Of a DNA stretch of 51,714 nt, positions 41,621 through 51,714 are shown one piece after another. Source of the DNA: Gammaproteobacteria bacterium. Lineage in GTDB: Bacteria > Pseudomonadota > Gammaproteobacteria > SG8-11. The position numbers were made by a program, and so were the translations under genes. Where the stretch lies: positions 1-51,714 of the forward strand of contig JAADIM010000008.1 of the NCBI GenBank assembly GCA_013151345.1. Reading direction: 5' to 3'. Position 1 is the first letter of the stretch. Each line of letters opens with the position of its first letter. The notes beneath the pieces were generated by a model. That model had not been told where the DNA came from. It saw nothing but the letters and a program-made list of their open reading frames with translations, and did not search any database.

Positions 41621-41650
41621 GTGAGGCTCTCTTTAATAGAGGGTCTCATT
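41621..41650 (+). terminator. Hairpin/probable terminator between convergent genes
   Basis: TGAGGCTCTCT-TTAAT-AGAGGGTCTCA; weak U-tract. Confidence 0.5.
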
Positions 41651-41816
41651 CGAAAATGTTGTTATTGAGGCATTATTTTATGGGTAGAGTTATGAGGATA
41701 GTATGCATGAGAGGTACAAGGAAGTAATTCGTTGACATTGATCATTTTAAAGCCATGTATTACATTACTGTGTTATTCACAAAAAAACAATGAGGTAACA
41801 TTGAGGAATTGCAATA

Positions 41817-44789
41817 CTATTTTTTGATTTTAAATTGTTGTTGTAACCAATTCGACAATTCGTCTGCTGGCAATGGTTTGCAAAACAAAAAACCTTGACT
41901 CGACTGACAATGCTTGGACCGCAGAAATTCCAATTGACCTTCGGTCTCAACACCCTCTGCAATTACATCCAGCTTTAAACTTTGGCCCATCACAATAATC
42001 GCGGTCGCTATCGCAGCGTCGTCTGAATCAATCGTCACATCTCGAATAAACGAACGATCAATCTTTAATGAATCAATTGGAAACCGGCGCAAATAGCTTA
42101 GGGACGAATAACCCGTTCCGAAATCATCAATAGCAAATCGGACACCCAATTCACTCAACGTATTTATTGCTTCAATTGTACTTGTAGTATTACGCATTAA
42201 TAAACTTTCAGTAATTTCCAGTTCAAGTAATCGAGGATCAATACCTGTATCGGTGATGATTTGTCTAATTTTGGAGACTAAATTGCTGTCATTAAACTGT
42301 CTACTTGACATGTTCACTGACATCCGTAACGAGTGTTTTTCAAACATATCACCCCATCGCACGGATTGTTTACACGCGTTGCGCAAAACCCATTCGCCGA
42401 CAGAAACTATCTGGCCTATTTCTTCGAGAAAGGGTATAAATTCTAATGGAGACACTAGTCCCAAATCAGGATGCTGCCAACGTATAAGCGCTTCAACACC
42501 AATTACATTTTTATTATTTACATCAATTTGCGGTTGGTAATGTAAAACAAATTCATCTAACTCAAGCGCACTCCGTAAACTGCTTTCTAACGTTAGACGC
42601 TCAAATGCTTTTGCGCTCATTTCAGTAGAATAAAATTGGTAATTATTTTTACCTAAGTCCTTTGCCCTATACATGGCAATATCGGCATGCTTCAATAACG
42701 TTTGCGAGTCCACCCCATCATTGGGACAATTACTCACTCCTATGCTTGCGGTAATATAGAATTCTCTTTCGTCAATAACAAATTTAGGCTCCAGGGCCTC
42801 AAGCATTTTTTTTGCCAAACTTGCAATATCTTTTTCTAAAGCTATATCATCCAGCAAAACTGCGAATTCATCACCGCCTAATCGTGCAACGGTATCACCG
42901 TCACGTATATCGCCTACTAAACGCTGAGCAATTAATTTTAGTAGCTTGTCGCCAGTATCATGACCCAATGAATCATTAATCGTTTTGAAACGATCCAAAT
43001 CAATAAACATTACGGCGATGAGTCGTTTATGATATCTGGCGCGGGCCAGCGCTAGCTTTAATCGCTCAAGAAACAAGGTTCGGTTGGGTAGTTCAGTTAA
43101 CGGATCATGATGCGCCATGTGATGCAACTTTTCCTGGGCATGCATCCTATCTGTTATATCTTTACCTGTCGAAACAAAATGCGTAATGTTCCCTTCCGCA
43201 TCTTTGAGCGGTGTTATCGTTTTTTGTTCATAATAAAAAGTACTATCTTTTCTCCTGTTAATTAATACATCGCTAAATACATTCCCACTGGAAATTGTCT
43301 GCCATAAATTCGTATAAAACTCCTCATTTTGTTTGCCTGATTTGACGATATTTGGTTTTTCACCTAAAACTTCTTCTTTTGAATAACCCGTCGCCAGCTC
43401 GAATGATTGATTTACATATTCAATAATACCTGAACAATCTGTAATCATAACTACATCCGCCGATTGCTCCAAGGCCATTGAGAGCTTGCGCATTTGCTCT
43501 TCTGTTTCTTTAATATTGGTAATGTCTCTAGTCGTCCCCTCAATGCCTATTTTTTTCCCGGCAAGATCGTAATAATAATGGGCGTTCGTAGACACCCAGA
43601 TTGTCGTCCCATCTTTGCGTTTCAACTCCGCAATATAATTTTCAATTTTTCCATTATTTTCTTTTATCAGCCGTGTGAGCTTGTCCCTGCCATCGGGTTC
43701 AACAAATAAATTTGCCAAGTCTATTCCCAATATTTCATTTGGCAGATAACCAAATAACTGCTCTACTGAACTCGATACACGAATTACTTTACCCAATTTG
43801 TCTGCTCGGAAAAATGTATCCTGCATTTCATGCAAAATCGCGCTTAGCTCTTCTTCAGATGATTCTATTTTTTTCTTGGATTGATGAGACTCAAGCTCTA
43901 AAGCAATGCGTTGACAGAAAGTAGCGAGAATTGACGCAGTCCATGGCATTAACTTCATAGGCTTAACATCCAATACTGACACTAAACCAATTGTTTCACC
44001 GAAAGAATTTATCAATGGCGAACCGAAGTAACTTTCTGCTGACATATCTGCAAGCATTTTGTCATCAGGATAAAGCTTGACGACATCGCGTGAAATCAGT
44101 TTTTTACTGCGATCCAAAATGTCTGCGCACGGTGTACCAGCCAAGTCATATTCAAAATTTTCCAGAATCTCGTTGCCCGCCCACACGGCCCGCGTTTCCA
44201 CCCTTGTTTTATTAGCATCGAGCAATAATCCAACAAACGCAAATCGCGCACTATATGCTTTCGAAAGCATTTGTACACAGGATTGCAAAAATTCATCAAG
44301 ATCAGTTACATTGCTCTCTGCCAGTAAATTTAACGCCTCTACTGCATTTTTACGGTCGGAGATATCTGTAAAACTGACACGCACCAGCTTTTGGTTTTTG
44401 ATAGGTAGCCGAACTATACGAACTTCACAGGGAATGTGTTTTCCTGACACATCGAGGTAATTCCATTCATAAACATAGAATGCACCCTCTAATACTTGAT
44501 TAATTTGCGATTGAATAATTTCTTCAGACGACTGACCATTTTGGAGAGACTCATGATAAAATTTTTCCAATCCAACTGTTAAAAGTTTCTCTTTATTTAT
44601 CCCAAACGCTTTTACAGCATGCAGATTTGCTTCAATCAACTTACCTTTTTCAATATTATAAACAACAATAGCAATAGGCGCATGTTCCGTGAGCGCCCTT
44701 AATTCTTCCGCACTTTCCAGAAATGTATTCTCTGACATTTTTTCGAGTTTTTTTTCTAACATAAGAAGCTGTTTGTAACAAACTGACAC
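41817..44789 (-). CDS. PAS-GAF-PAS-PAS-GGDEF-EAL c-di-GMP signalling protein (start uncertain)
   Basis: GTPC..I GAF, PAS motifs (YVNQSFELATGYS), RLGGDEF, EALIRW, DDFGTGYSSL. Confidence 0.95.
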   Translation of the reverse strand: MSVCYKQLLMLEKKLEKMSENTFLESAEELRALTEHAPIAIVVYNIEKGKLIEANLHAVKAFGINKEKLLTVGLEKFYHESLQNGQSSEEIIQSQINQVLEGAFYVYEWNYLDVSGKHIPCEVRIVRLPIKNQKLVRVSFTDISDRKNAVEALNLLAESNVTDLDEFLQSCVQMLSKAYSARFAFVGLLLDANKTRVETRAVWAGNEILENFEYDLAGTPCADILDRSKKLISRDVVKLYPDDKMLADMSAESYFGSPLINSFGETIGLVSVLDVKPMKLMPWTASILATFCQRIALELESHQSKKKIESSEEELSAILHEMQDTFFRADKLGKVIRVSSSVEQLFGYLPNEILGIDLANLFVEPDGRDKLTRLIKENNGKIENYIAELKRKDGTTIWVSTNAHYYYDLAGKKIGIEGTTRDITNIKETEEQMRKLSMALEQSADVVMITDCSGIIEYVNQSFELATGYSKEEVLGEKPNIVKSGKQNEEFYTNLWQTISSGNVFSDVLINRRKDSTFYYEQKTITPLKDAEGNITHFVSTGKDITDRMHAQEKLHHMAHHDPLTELPNRTLFLERLKLALARARYHKRLIAVMFIDLDRFKTINDSLGHDTGDKLLKLIAQRLVGDIRDGDTVARLGGDEFAVLLDDIALEKDIASLAKKMLEALEPKFVIDEREFYITASIGVSNCPNDGVDSQTLLKHADIAMYRAKDLGKNNYQFYSTEMSAKAFERLTLESSLRSALELDEFVLHYQPQIDVNNKNVIGVEALIRWQHPDLGLVSPLEFIPFLEEIGQIVSVGEWVLRNACKQSVRWGDMFEKHSLRMSVNMSSRQFNDSNLVSKIRQIITDTGIDPRLLELEITESLLMRNTTSTIEAINTLSELGVRFAIDDFGTGYSSLSYLRRFPIDSLKIDRSFIRDVTIDSDDAAIATAIIVMGQSLKLDVIAEGVETEGQLEFLRSKHCQSSQGFLFCKPLPADELSNWLQQQFKIKK

Positions 44790-45335
44790 GCAACGCCGAC
44801 GGCTGCGCTACTGTGAATTATGTATACCGGGACCCAACGATCATGGAATAAATAGCACAATAAATAACTCTAATAGTAGTTACAAATGATCGACTAGCAA
44901 GCCATGATTGGGTTGAAACAAGATTTAAATAACGTTCTTATAATAATTTATTATATATAGTGAGTGTATCGCTAAATAACAGGTCAAATCCAAGATCAAA
45001 ATTGCAGCAGCGTCTTTGGCTTAACACCAAATTTGAGGCCTAACAGATTAATTACATGAGCCCACAACCCAACATATCGATCATAAAATCTACTGGTGTT
45101 GATACACACAGGCCGCAGCTTCACCAACCACACTCATTGCGCTAAGACTAATAACTGATGAGAATTTGGTTTTTTAATAACCTTATCTAAGCTACGTCAA
45201 CTCCACGATAGCCTTGTTTTTCCGGTAGCTATGTAAGCCTTTGCAATTTAAGTATGCGGCCTGACTTTATTGACTTATCACGTAGGATCCACCTAATATT
45301 GAAGTTGGTGACGAAATGGATTTTTTTCTGGAAAT

Positions 45336-45800
45336 ATGAACTACCCGACAACAAATTTTTTTGTCCTTTTTATAATTACTTCACTCGTCCTGCTGCCTAT
45401 GCGTTCAGGCTTGGCGTGTCAGAACGCCTCTGCGCACAAAAATAACAATGAACAAAATAGTGATGACTGCGCCCATCATCAAAACACCTCACGTATCGGC
45501 ACTTTCTCTTCGGACACTTATCCAGGTTCCTCATATTCAGATTTTTCTCTTTCAAAAGATGTCAAACTAAACACACAACAGATCATAATGGCTGATATTA
45601 ATAAATCAGACCATATAAATCACGATACGGTTTGTGATAGCGAATGCTGCAGCAGTTGCGCTCATAGCTTTTCTGCGTTGTCTACTTTGATTAATTTAAC
45701 CGGCAAATCTATGCCACCACCCTATTTCTACTCTACTTCGTTCTTTAAGGAACCAGACCTAACACTACATCATCCTCCTCCAATTTTTTTCTTCCTTTAG
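45336..45800 (+). CDS. Cys/His-rich DUF2946/CopL-like protein
   Basis: N-terminal hydrophobic segment, CAHH, HDTVCDSECCSSCAH, C-terminal HHPPPI. Confidence 0.6.
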   Translation: MNYPTTNFFVLFIITSLVLLPMRSGLACQNASAHKNNNEQNSDDCAHHQNTSRIGTFSSDTYPGSSYSDFSLSKDVKLNTQQIIMADINKSDHINHDTVCDSECCSSCAHSFSALSTLINLTGKSMPPPYFYSTSFFKEPDLTLHHPPPIFFFL

Positions 45801-45905
45801 TTACTAATAAGTAGTTCTATAAGTAAATTTATAAGTAGTTTTATAGATAGTCCTACAAACAATCTCAAAGAAACAATCTATGCGGTTCTACTCGTGTAAA
45901 TATTT

Positions 45906-46805
45906 ATGCGTAGAGAGGAATTCATGTTCTATTTTATATTCTATAAAGTACCAGCAACATTAGCATCAATACCTAAATTACGCGTTAACATAATCGTAGT
46001 GGCAGTAATACTTAATACAATGAGCCTCAGTCCGTTATGCAACCCCGCTATGGCTAGCCCTACAAGGGCAACCCTGTCGAAAGACCTATTTGAAAAAGAA
46101 GAAAATATTGCAGCGCTGGTCAATAATCTTAAGTCTCTGGCTAAAAGAGGTGACGCTAAAGCACAATTTAGATTAGGCGCATTGTACGCAGAAGGCAAAG
46201 GTGTAAAGAAAAACTATAAACAGACAATAAAGTGGTGGTTAGCCGCTTCAAATAATAACTATGCAGCTGCTCAATATAATTTGGGTATTCTCTACCATGG
46301 CGGAATTGGTACTAGCAAAAACCATATCAAAGGAATTGAACTGATAGAGAAAGCGGCTAAAAATGGCCATATACTCGCCCAATCGCTTCTTGCAGATGAA
46401 TACGCTTTTCATACTGATGAATTTAGTGATCAATCTAAAGCAATAAAATGGTACACAGCGGCGGCAAAAAATGGTTATCCCCCGGCTCAGTTTAATCTTG
46501 GTGTTATTTATGAACGTGGGCGAGGCGTAAAAAAGAACGTTAATGAAGCAATACGATGGTGGCAAAAAGCAGCCAAGAATAACCATCCATATGCTCAATA
46601 TAATCTTGGCTATGTCTATGAAAACACCTCTGATTTCAGCAATAATTTCATAGAGGCATTTAAATGGTATACAATAGCAGCGAGTAACGGTGAGTCACAA
46701 TCAAAAATCGGCTTGCAACGTATTAAGAAAAAAATGAGCAACGAACAACTGGATAAAGCGAACATTGAAGTGAACAACTGGTTAAACCTCAAGTTATCTA
46801 ATTAA
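45906..46805 (+). CDS. Sel1-like repeat protein (start uncertain)
   Basis: Repeated AQxxLGxxYxxGxGV...W..AA units. Confidence 0.92.
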   Translation: MRREEFMFYFIFYKVPATLASIPKLRVNIIVVAVILNTMSLSPLCNPAMASPTRATLSKDLFEKEENIAALVNNLKSLAKRGDAKAQFRLGALYAEGKGVKKNYKQTIKWWLAASNNNYAAAQYNLGILYHGGIGTSKNHIKGIELIEKAAKNGHILAQSLLADEYAFHTDEFSDQSKAIKWYTAAAKNGYPPAQFNLGVIYERGRGVKKNVNEAIRWWQKAAKNNHPYAQYNLGYVYENTSDFSNNFIEAFKWYTIAASNGESQSKIGLQRIKKKMSNEQLDKANIEVNNWLNLKLSN

Positions 46806-46874
46806 ACCTACATTATTGAAAATAAAGAACCTTTCTAATTAAAAAATCAACATTTTGCACGAGGATTGTAAATT

Positions 46875-47312
46875 TTGAAAAAAATACTTGTTACGATCGA
46901 TTTCTCTGACACGGCAAAAGAAGCATTAAATCAGGCCATTACTTTGGCGCATGATACCAATACCGAGATATATTTGCTCTATGTCGCTCCTGCAAATCCG
47001 GACTACATCGGCCTTAAAACAATTAATCAACGTGAACGCGAAGAATTGTCTGAGATACTACACAAAGAACATGCACAGCTGCATGAAATGGCGCATGCGT
47101 TAACGAAACGAGGCGTTAAATCTAAGGCCCTGATTATGCAAGGCGACATAGTCGATTCTATACTTCATGAAGCAGATAAAATAAATGTGGATTTGATCGT
47201 AATGGGATCACATGGCTATAGCGGGCTGACTCGCGCTTTATTAGGCAGTATAAGTGAAGGCGTCTTAAAAAAAACAACCTGCCCTATCCTTATTGTGCCT
47301 CATCGAGAATAA
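46875..47312 (+). CDS. Universal stress protein
   Basis: ILVTIDFS, DLIVMGSHG...LLGSISE. Confidence 0.93.
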   Translation: MKKILVTIDFSDTAKEALNQAITLAHDTNTEIYLLYVAPANPDYIGLKTINQREREELSEILHKEHAQLHEMAHALTKRGVKSKALIMQGDIVDSILHEADKINVDLIVMGSHGYSGLTRALLGSISEGVLKKTTCPILIVPHRE

Positions 47313-47400
47313 TTAGTTTGCACCCATGGGAGCATTTACTTTGAAGTACTTTTAAACCAGGACATGCTTAGTGGTGCGCGTAATTAATAATACTCGTAAT

Positions 47401-47925
47401 TTAAACCGCCGTCATAGTAGCATCAAGATTCAAGTCATTACAAAAACCAATAAATTCTTCTCGCAATTTTGCGATGGAAATGTCAGACGGAACACTTATA
47501 CTCATTTGCAGAGAAAACATTTTTGTGCCTGTATGCGCGGCTGAATAACTGCTGGTGTCCATTTCCTCGATATTTATATTACGTGCTGACAAATATGCCG
47601 CGACATCGTGAACAATGCCAGGATGATCCATCGAAATCACGGTTATGTTATATGGCACACGTGACGCTATAGGTGCTTTCAATTCTGTTCGTTTAAACAA
47701 TATAGCCAAGCCATATTTTTCCTGTAAGGCACGAAGTTCATTTTCCAATGCCTCAATTACAATATCACTGCTTCCAACTAACATTAATAATGCAAATTCC
47801 CCTCCTAATACCGTCATACGGCTTTCTGTAATATTGCCGCCACAATCTAAGATAGTTTTCGATAGATCATTGACGATCCCAGGTCTATCTTGACCTACTG
47901 CAGTAATAACAATATATTTACCCAT
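47401..47925 (-). CDS. gcvR: GcvR-like tandem ACT-domain protein
   Basis: ITAVGQDRPGIV...SRMTVLGGEF and DHPGIVH; ATG at 47925 preferred. Confidence 0.88.
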   Translation of the reverse strand: MGKYIVITAVGQDRPGIVNDLSKTILDCGGNITESRMTVLGGEFALLMLVGSSDIVIEALENELRALQEKYGLAILFKRTELKAPIASRVPYNITVISMDHPGIVHDVAAYLSARNINIEEMDTSSYSAAHTGTKMFSLQMSISVPSDISIAKLREEFIGFCNDLNLDATMTAV

Positions 47926-48011
47926 AAAATATTCACCCAAATAATAATAGCGCAATATAAAACTGTACTACATTTACTAGTTACCTATCTCCGAATTTAC
48001 TATATTTGTCC

Positions 48012-48401
48012 TTAGTCTTTATCATCAGTACCAAACAATTGATCAAGCTTGATTTTCGCCTTGTCAGTGTCAGACAAACCAGACGAATCATTATCTTTCT
48101 GATCGCTGCCAAATAACATTTCTAATTCTGCACGGGCTTTTTGCGCAGCTGAGTCTCTTTCTTTATCATAAACGGCAGGCTGCGCTTTAAAATAATCACA
48201 AAAATTTGATCGTTCCTTATTACTTACATCTTCTGCTACGGGTTCCCGACAGCTGTTATTACTGCGTGCATCATAAAATTTGCACATTCGGCAGACGTGA
48301 ACATCTAATTTACACGCGGGACACTCATCATGCCTATTAAACGGTGTTAATAAGGATGATAGAGACTCACCACATTTCCAGCAAACCACCGTATCGGACA
48401 T
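48012..48401 (-). CDS. Cys-rich (probable zinc-binding) hypothetical protein
   Basis: CWKC, CPAC, CRMC, C.E...NFCDYF. Confidence 0.8.
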   Translation of the reverse strand: MSDTVVCWKCGESLSSLLTPFNRHDECPACKLDVHVCRMCKFYDARSNNSCREPVAEDVSNKERSNFCDYFKAQPAVYDKERDSAAQKARAELEMLFGSDQKDNDSSGLSDTDKAKIKLDQLFGTDDKD

Positions 48402-48487
48402 TATATAGGCCTTCCTTTTATGCCGTTTCTAACACATTTTGTAAACCTGTTTGTGACTAAAATAATTAACCACTATTTCGTATACTT

Positions 48488-50188
48488 CTATTGTTTCCGT
48501 TCAATTTTAGCCCAGGTATCACGCAATGTAACAACCCTGTTAAAAACGGGCACATTGCCTGGCAAGTGCATAGAGTCCAGACAAAAATAACCTTCACGTT
48601 CAAACTGAAACTGTTCTCCTGCCTGTGCTTCAGCCAGACTCGGCTCTATATAACAATGTGCGAGTGTGCGCAGAGAGTCAGAATTGATAAGATCTTTATA
48701 ATCACTTCCGTCTTTCGTTGCATCAGATGCATCAGGAGTGGGATGTTTAAACAAGCGGTCATACAAGCGAATTTCTGCTTGCAGTGCGTGTTTTGCTGAG
48801 ACCCAATGAATCACCCCTTTTACTTTTCGATCCTCCGGGTTCTTTCCAAGTGTATCTGCGTCATAACTACAATGTAATTCAATGATATTACCATGCGCGT
48901 CCTTTATGACATTATCACAGCGGATAACATACGCATTACGCAAACGTACTTCACCACCCACTGTCAGCCTTTTGAATTTTTTTGGTGGTACTTCGGCAAA
49001 ATCATGCTGATCGATATAAATTTCATTACTTAATTGAATAACACGCGTTCCCATAACCTCATCTTGCGGATGATTAGCGGCCGGTAACTCTTCAACATCA
49101 CTTTCTGAATAGTTCGTTATTATGACTTTCAAGGGATGCAATACGGCCATTCGCCGAGCTGCTGTCTCGTTCAAATCAGTCCGAATACAATCTTCAAGTA
49201 CCGCCATTTCTACAATATTGTCTACCTTGGTTACGCCAATCCGTTGGCAAAAATTTCGAAGCGCCCTAGGCGTATAACCGCGTCGTCTTAAGCCTGCAAT
49301 AGTTGGCATGCGCGGGTCGTCCCAACCTGCTACCAATCCCTCATCAACCAGCTCAGTCAACTTACGCTTACTGGTAACTGCATATTCCAAGTTTAACCTG
49401 GAAAATTCGATTTGCTGCGGATGACAACTTACCTCTAGTTCCTCCAGGAACCAATTATATAATGGCCGGTGATCCTCAAATTCCAATGTACATAAAGAAT
49501 GAGTGATGCCCTCAATCGAATCGGATATACAATGTGTATAATCATACATTGGGTAAATACACCATGCTTCGCCGGTCTGGTGATGCACAACACCATGGCG
49601 AATACGATAAATAGCTGGATCACGTAAATTAATATTTGGCGAAGTCATATCAATTTTGGCGCGTAACACACATGCTCCATCCTGGAATTCACCGGCACGC
49701 ATCCGTGCAAACAACTCAAGATTTTCATCCACAGTGCGTTCGCGATAAGGGCTGTCCTTGCCAGGTTCTGTTAGCGTACCCCTGTAGGCACGTATTTGTT
49801 CAGCATTCAGATCACACACATAGGCCTTATTCTTTTTGATAAGCTGAACGGCATAGTCATATAATTGCTTAAAATAATCTGATGCAAAATACAATCGGTC
49901 TTGCCAATCAAACCCCAGCCAATGCACATCATTCATTATCGCGTTGACAAATTCTTTATTTTCTTTATGTGGATTTGTATCATCGAACCGGAGATTACAA
50001 GTTCCGTTATAATCATTTGCGATTCCAAAGTTAAGTGCGATGGATTTGGCGTGGCCTATATGTAAATAACCATTTGGCTCTGGTGGGAAACGCGTCGCTA
50101 CACAACCATCATTTTTACCTGTTACCAGATCTTCATCAATGATGTGCCGTATAAAGTTACTAGGCCGGGTGTTTTCGCCATCAGTCAT
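48488..50188 (-). CDS. glnS: Glutamine--tRNA ligase
   Basis: [38 protein letters not shown]. Confidence 0.98.
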   Translation of the reverse strand: MTDGENTRPSNFIRHIIDEDLVTGKNDGCVATRFPPEPNGYLHIGHAKSIALNFGIANDYNGTCNLRFDDTNPHKENKEFVNAIMNDVHWLGFDWQDRLYFASDYFKQLYDYAVQLIKKNKAYVCDLNAEQIRAYRGTLTEPGKDSPYRERTVDENLELFARMRAGEFQDGACVLRAKIDMTSPNINLRDPAIYRIRHGVVHHQTGEAWCIYPMYDYTHCISDSIEGITHSLCTLEFEDHRPLYNWFLEELEVSCHPQQIEFSRLNLEYAVTSKRKLTELVDEGLVAGWDDPRMPTIAGLRRRGYTPRALRNFCQRIGVTKVDNIVEMAVLEDCIRTDLNETAARRMAVLHPLKVIITNYSESDVEELPAANHPQDEVMGTRVIQLSNEIYIDQHDFAEVPPKKFKRLTVGGEVRLRNAYVIRCDNVIKDAHGNIIELHCSYDADTLGKNPEDRKVKGVIHWVSAKHALQAEIRLYDRLFKHPTPDASDATKDGSDYKDLINSDSLRTLAHCYIEPSLAEAQAGEQFQFEREGYFCLDSMHLPGNVPVFNRVVTLRDTWAKIERKQ

Positions 50189-50331
50189 ATAGCTTTAATT
50201 CCTTAATTTTGCGGGAGATTTTTCAAGAATCTCTACGTTAATCTTTCCTAGACTAGAAAAATATTGATCGTAATCCTCGGATAGTATCATATTCTTACAA
50301 ACCCGATTATTAGTAACAAATAATTAGCCAC

Positions 50332-50364
50332 AAAAAACCCCCGGAGCAAGCCCACGGGGGTTTT
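50332..50364 (-). terminator. Rho-independent terminator after csp
   Basis: AAAAAACCCCCG...CGGGGGTTTT. Confidence 0.8.
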
Positions 50365-50397
50365 ATTAAAGCTAAATTTGTAATAATTAAATTAGCT

Positions 50398-50598
50398 TTA
50401 TACGGTAACCTGCGTTGCTTGTGGCCCTTTAGGACCATCTTCAACTTCAAAGGTTACCGACTGACCTTCAGCCAAAGACCGAAAACCATCGCTCGCAATT
50501 GCAGAAAAATGTACGAATACATCTTTCGATCCATCTTCCGGTGTGATAAACCCAAACCCCTTCGAGTCGTTAAACCACTTAACAGTACCTGTAGCCAT
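50398..50598 (-). CDS. Cold-shock protein, CspA family
   Basis: [22 protein letters not shown]. Confidence 0.97.
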   Translation of the reverse strand: MATGTVKWFNDSKGFGFITPEDGSKDVFVHFSAIASDGFRSLAEGQSVTFEVEDGPKGPQATQVTV

Positions 50599-50846
50599 AT
50601 AAATACCTCAAAATATTAAAATAATTGTTCAATTGCATAACTTGACGAGGTAATTTACAGGAGAAAACTCGAGAAACAACCTTGATATTAATACAATCCG
50701 ATTCTATTCTACCTGAAATACGATTAGAAAATCCACATTACAGCAGCAGTTAGCCCAGCAAAAACCGATTCTAACTAACTAATATATAAAATAATTTACG
50801 CTAAATTGATTTTTTTAACTAATCTAGTTTCCAGCAAATCCCATAT

Positions 50847-51107
50847 TCACCCCTTAGTATCGGCAACAAGATATTCTTTTTCAGTTTTATTCAACTGCTT
50901 AATTTCGAATTCGCGCTTACTGGCCGCTGATCGCGATGTCATTACTTCCTTATAAACAAGCTTGACCGGACGCCGGGTACGTGTATATTTCGACGCTAAA
51001 GAATCATTCTGATTATGTTCATCAACCCGCCGCTCAACACCTTTGGCAATACCGGTATATAGGGTATTATCATTACAGCGAACAATATAAACCGACCAGT
51101 CTTGCAC
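50847..51107 (-). CDS. GIY-YIG nuclease family protein (YhbQ/UPF0213-like)
   Basis: WSVYIVRC....LYTGI, KYTR.RRPV.LVY, A.KRE..IK. Confidence 0.92.
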   Translation of the reverse strand: MQDWSVYIVRCNDNTLYTGIAKGVERRVDEHNQNDSLASKYTRTRRPVKLVYKEVMTSRSAASKREFEIKQLNKTEKEYLVADTKG

Positions 51108-51134
51108 AAAAACCCCTTATTCTATGCCCACTGC

Positions 51135-51713
51135 TTATTTTAACCCACTACGCAACAGCGTCTCATAAGCTTCGCGTATTTCCCGAAATCGTGCCGCATC
51201 TCCACCTTTATCGGGATGATATTCTCGCGCCAGTCTACGATAAGTGTGCTTCACCGTAGACAATACGGCATCTGCTGGCAATTCCAATGTTTGCAGCGCC
51301 TCCATCCGCTTATCAACAGCCAAAAAATGTTCCCAAAAACCAGCCAATAATTTATCTACATCAGCCCCCTCTGTCACCTCAAAGTTATTCCAGTCCAAAT
51401 AATAGTCACGTATTTTAGATTCAGCGCGCTCTGCTGGCAGGTCTGTTAGGCCTGACTCCTGTAACGGCTCCAAGCAGATCGCAAGTGGCGAGATAGATAA
51501 ATACCAGCCCTCGTTAAAAAATACTGTTTGCATCTGATATAACGTATGCATTATCAGAAAATGCTTGCGAAAAAGAACCAAACCTGGATCGATATCGTTA
51601 AAAATCATCGCCTCGTTTTTTTGCAGCTTAACCATCAAATCGTACTCACTTATACCCGAAGGTTGTGTTTCGATGATCTCGCGAATGATGGGTAACAAAG
51701 TATTCACTGGCAT
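51135..51713 (-). CDS. DnaJ-related protein with C-terminal J domain (start at window edge)
   Basis: SEY.L, LFRKHFLI.H.LY, YYLDW.N, YHPDKGGD. Confidence 0.88.
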   Translation of the reverse strand: MPVNTLLPIIREIIETQPSGISEYDLMVKLQKNEAMIFNDIDPGLVLFRKHFLIMHTLYQMQTVFFNEGWYLSISPLAICLEPLQESGLTDLPAERAESKIRDYYLDWNNFEVTEGADVDKLLAGFWEHFLAVDKRMEALQTLELPADAVLSTVKHTYRRLAREYHPDKGGDAARFREIREAYETLLRSGLK

Positions 51714-51714
51714 A

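Noticed and set aside
44790-45335. c-di-GMP riboswitch upstream of the GGDEF-EAL gene
   Set aside because: I could not find the GEMM consensus elements by eye; a covariance-model search would settle it.
50847-51107. GIY-YIG gene as a homing endonuclease or mobile element
   Set aside because: It is a stand-alone 86-aa YhbQ-like protein with no DNA-binding extension, intron or flanking repeats.

Overview
This is a chromosomal window from an AT-rich gammaproteobacterium. The murC-murB-ddl order and lpxC-dciA-M23-secA-argJ-mutT synteny suggest a non-enteric, possibly Chromatiales/Thiotrichales-like lineage (inference). Positions 1-28.9 kb are housekeeping: zapD, yacG, a mutT-ThiE-like fusion, argJ, secA, an M23 peptidase, dciA, lpxC, the full dcw cluster from mraZ to ftsZ with its MraZ boxes and promoter, and rnpB. 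Positions 29-51.7 kb are more variable. They hold a DUF1631 protein, djlA, a PilH-like regulator, an ERIC-like MITE and a convergent four-gene Fe-S-themed cluster (atypical A-type carrier, ATP-grasp ligase with a probable non-canonical start, divergent YggX, orphan AmrS-like radical SAM). They continue with a tandem-PilZ protein, a run of QTMAN/GTDC1-like glycosyltransferase, LsrG-like protein and Fe-ADH, a His-repeat secreted protein, a PAS/GAF-GGDEF-EAL protein, a Cys/His-rich DUF2946-like ORF, Sel1, USP, gcvR, glnS, csp, GIY-YIG and a DnaJ-related gene. The four-gene cluster at 32.3-35.6 kb is the best candidate for an undescribed system. A structured RNA upstream of secA, the bacterial QTMAN homologue and pervasive short tandem duplications also deserve follow-up. 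I recognised no CRISPR array, tRNA, rRNA or transposase. All family calls are by motif recognition, not database search.
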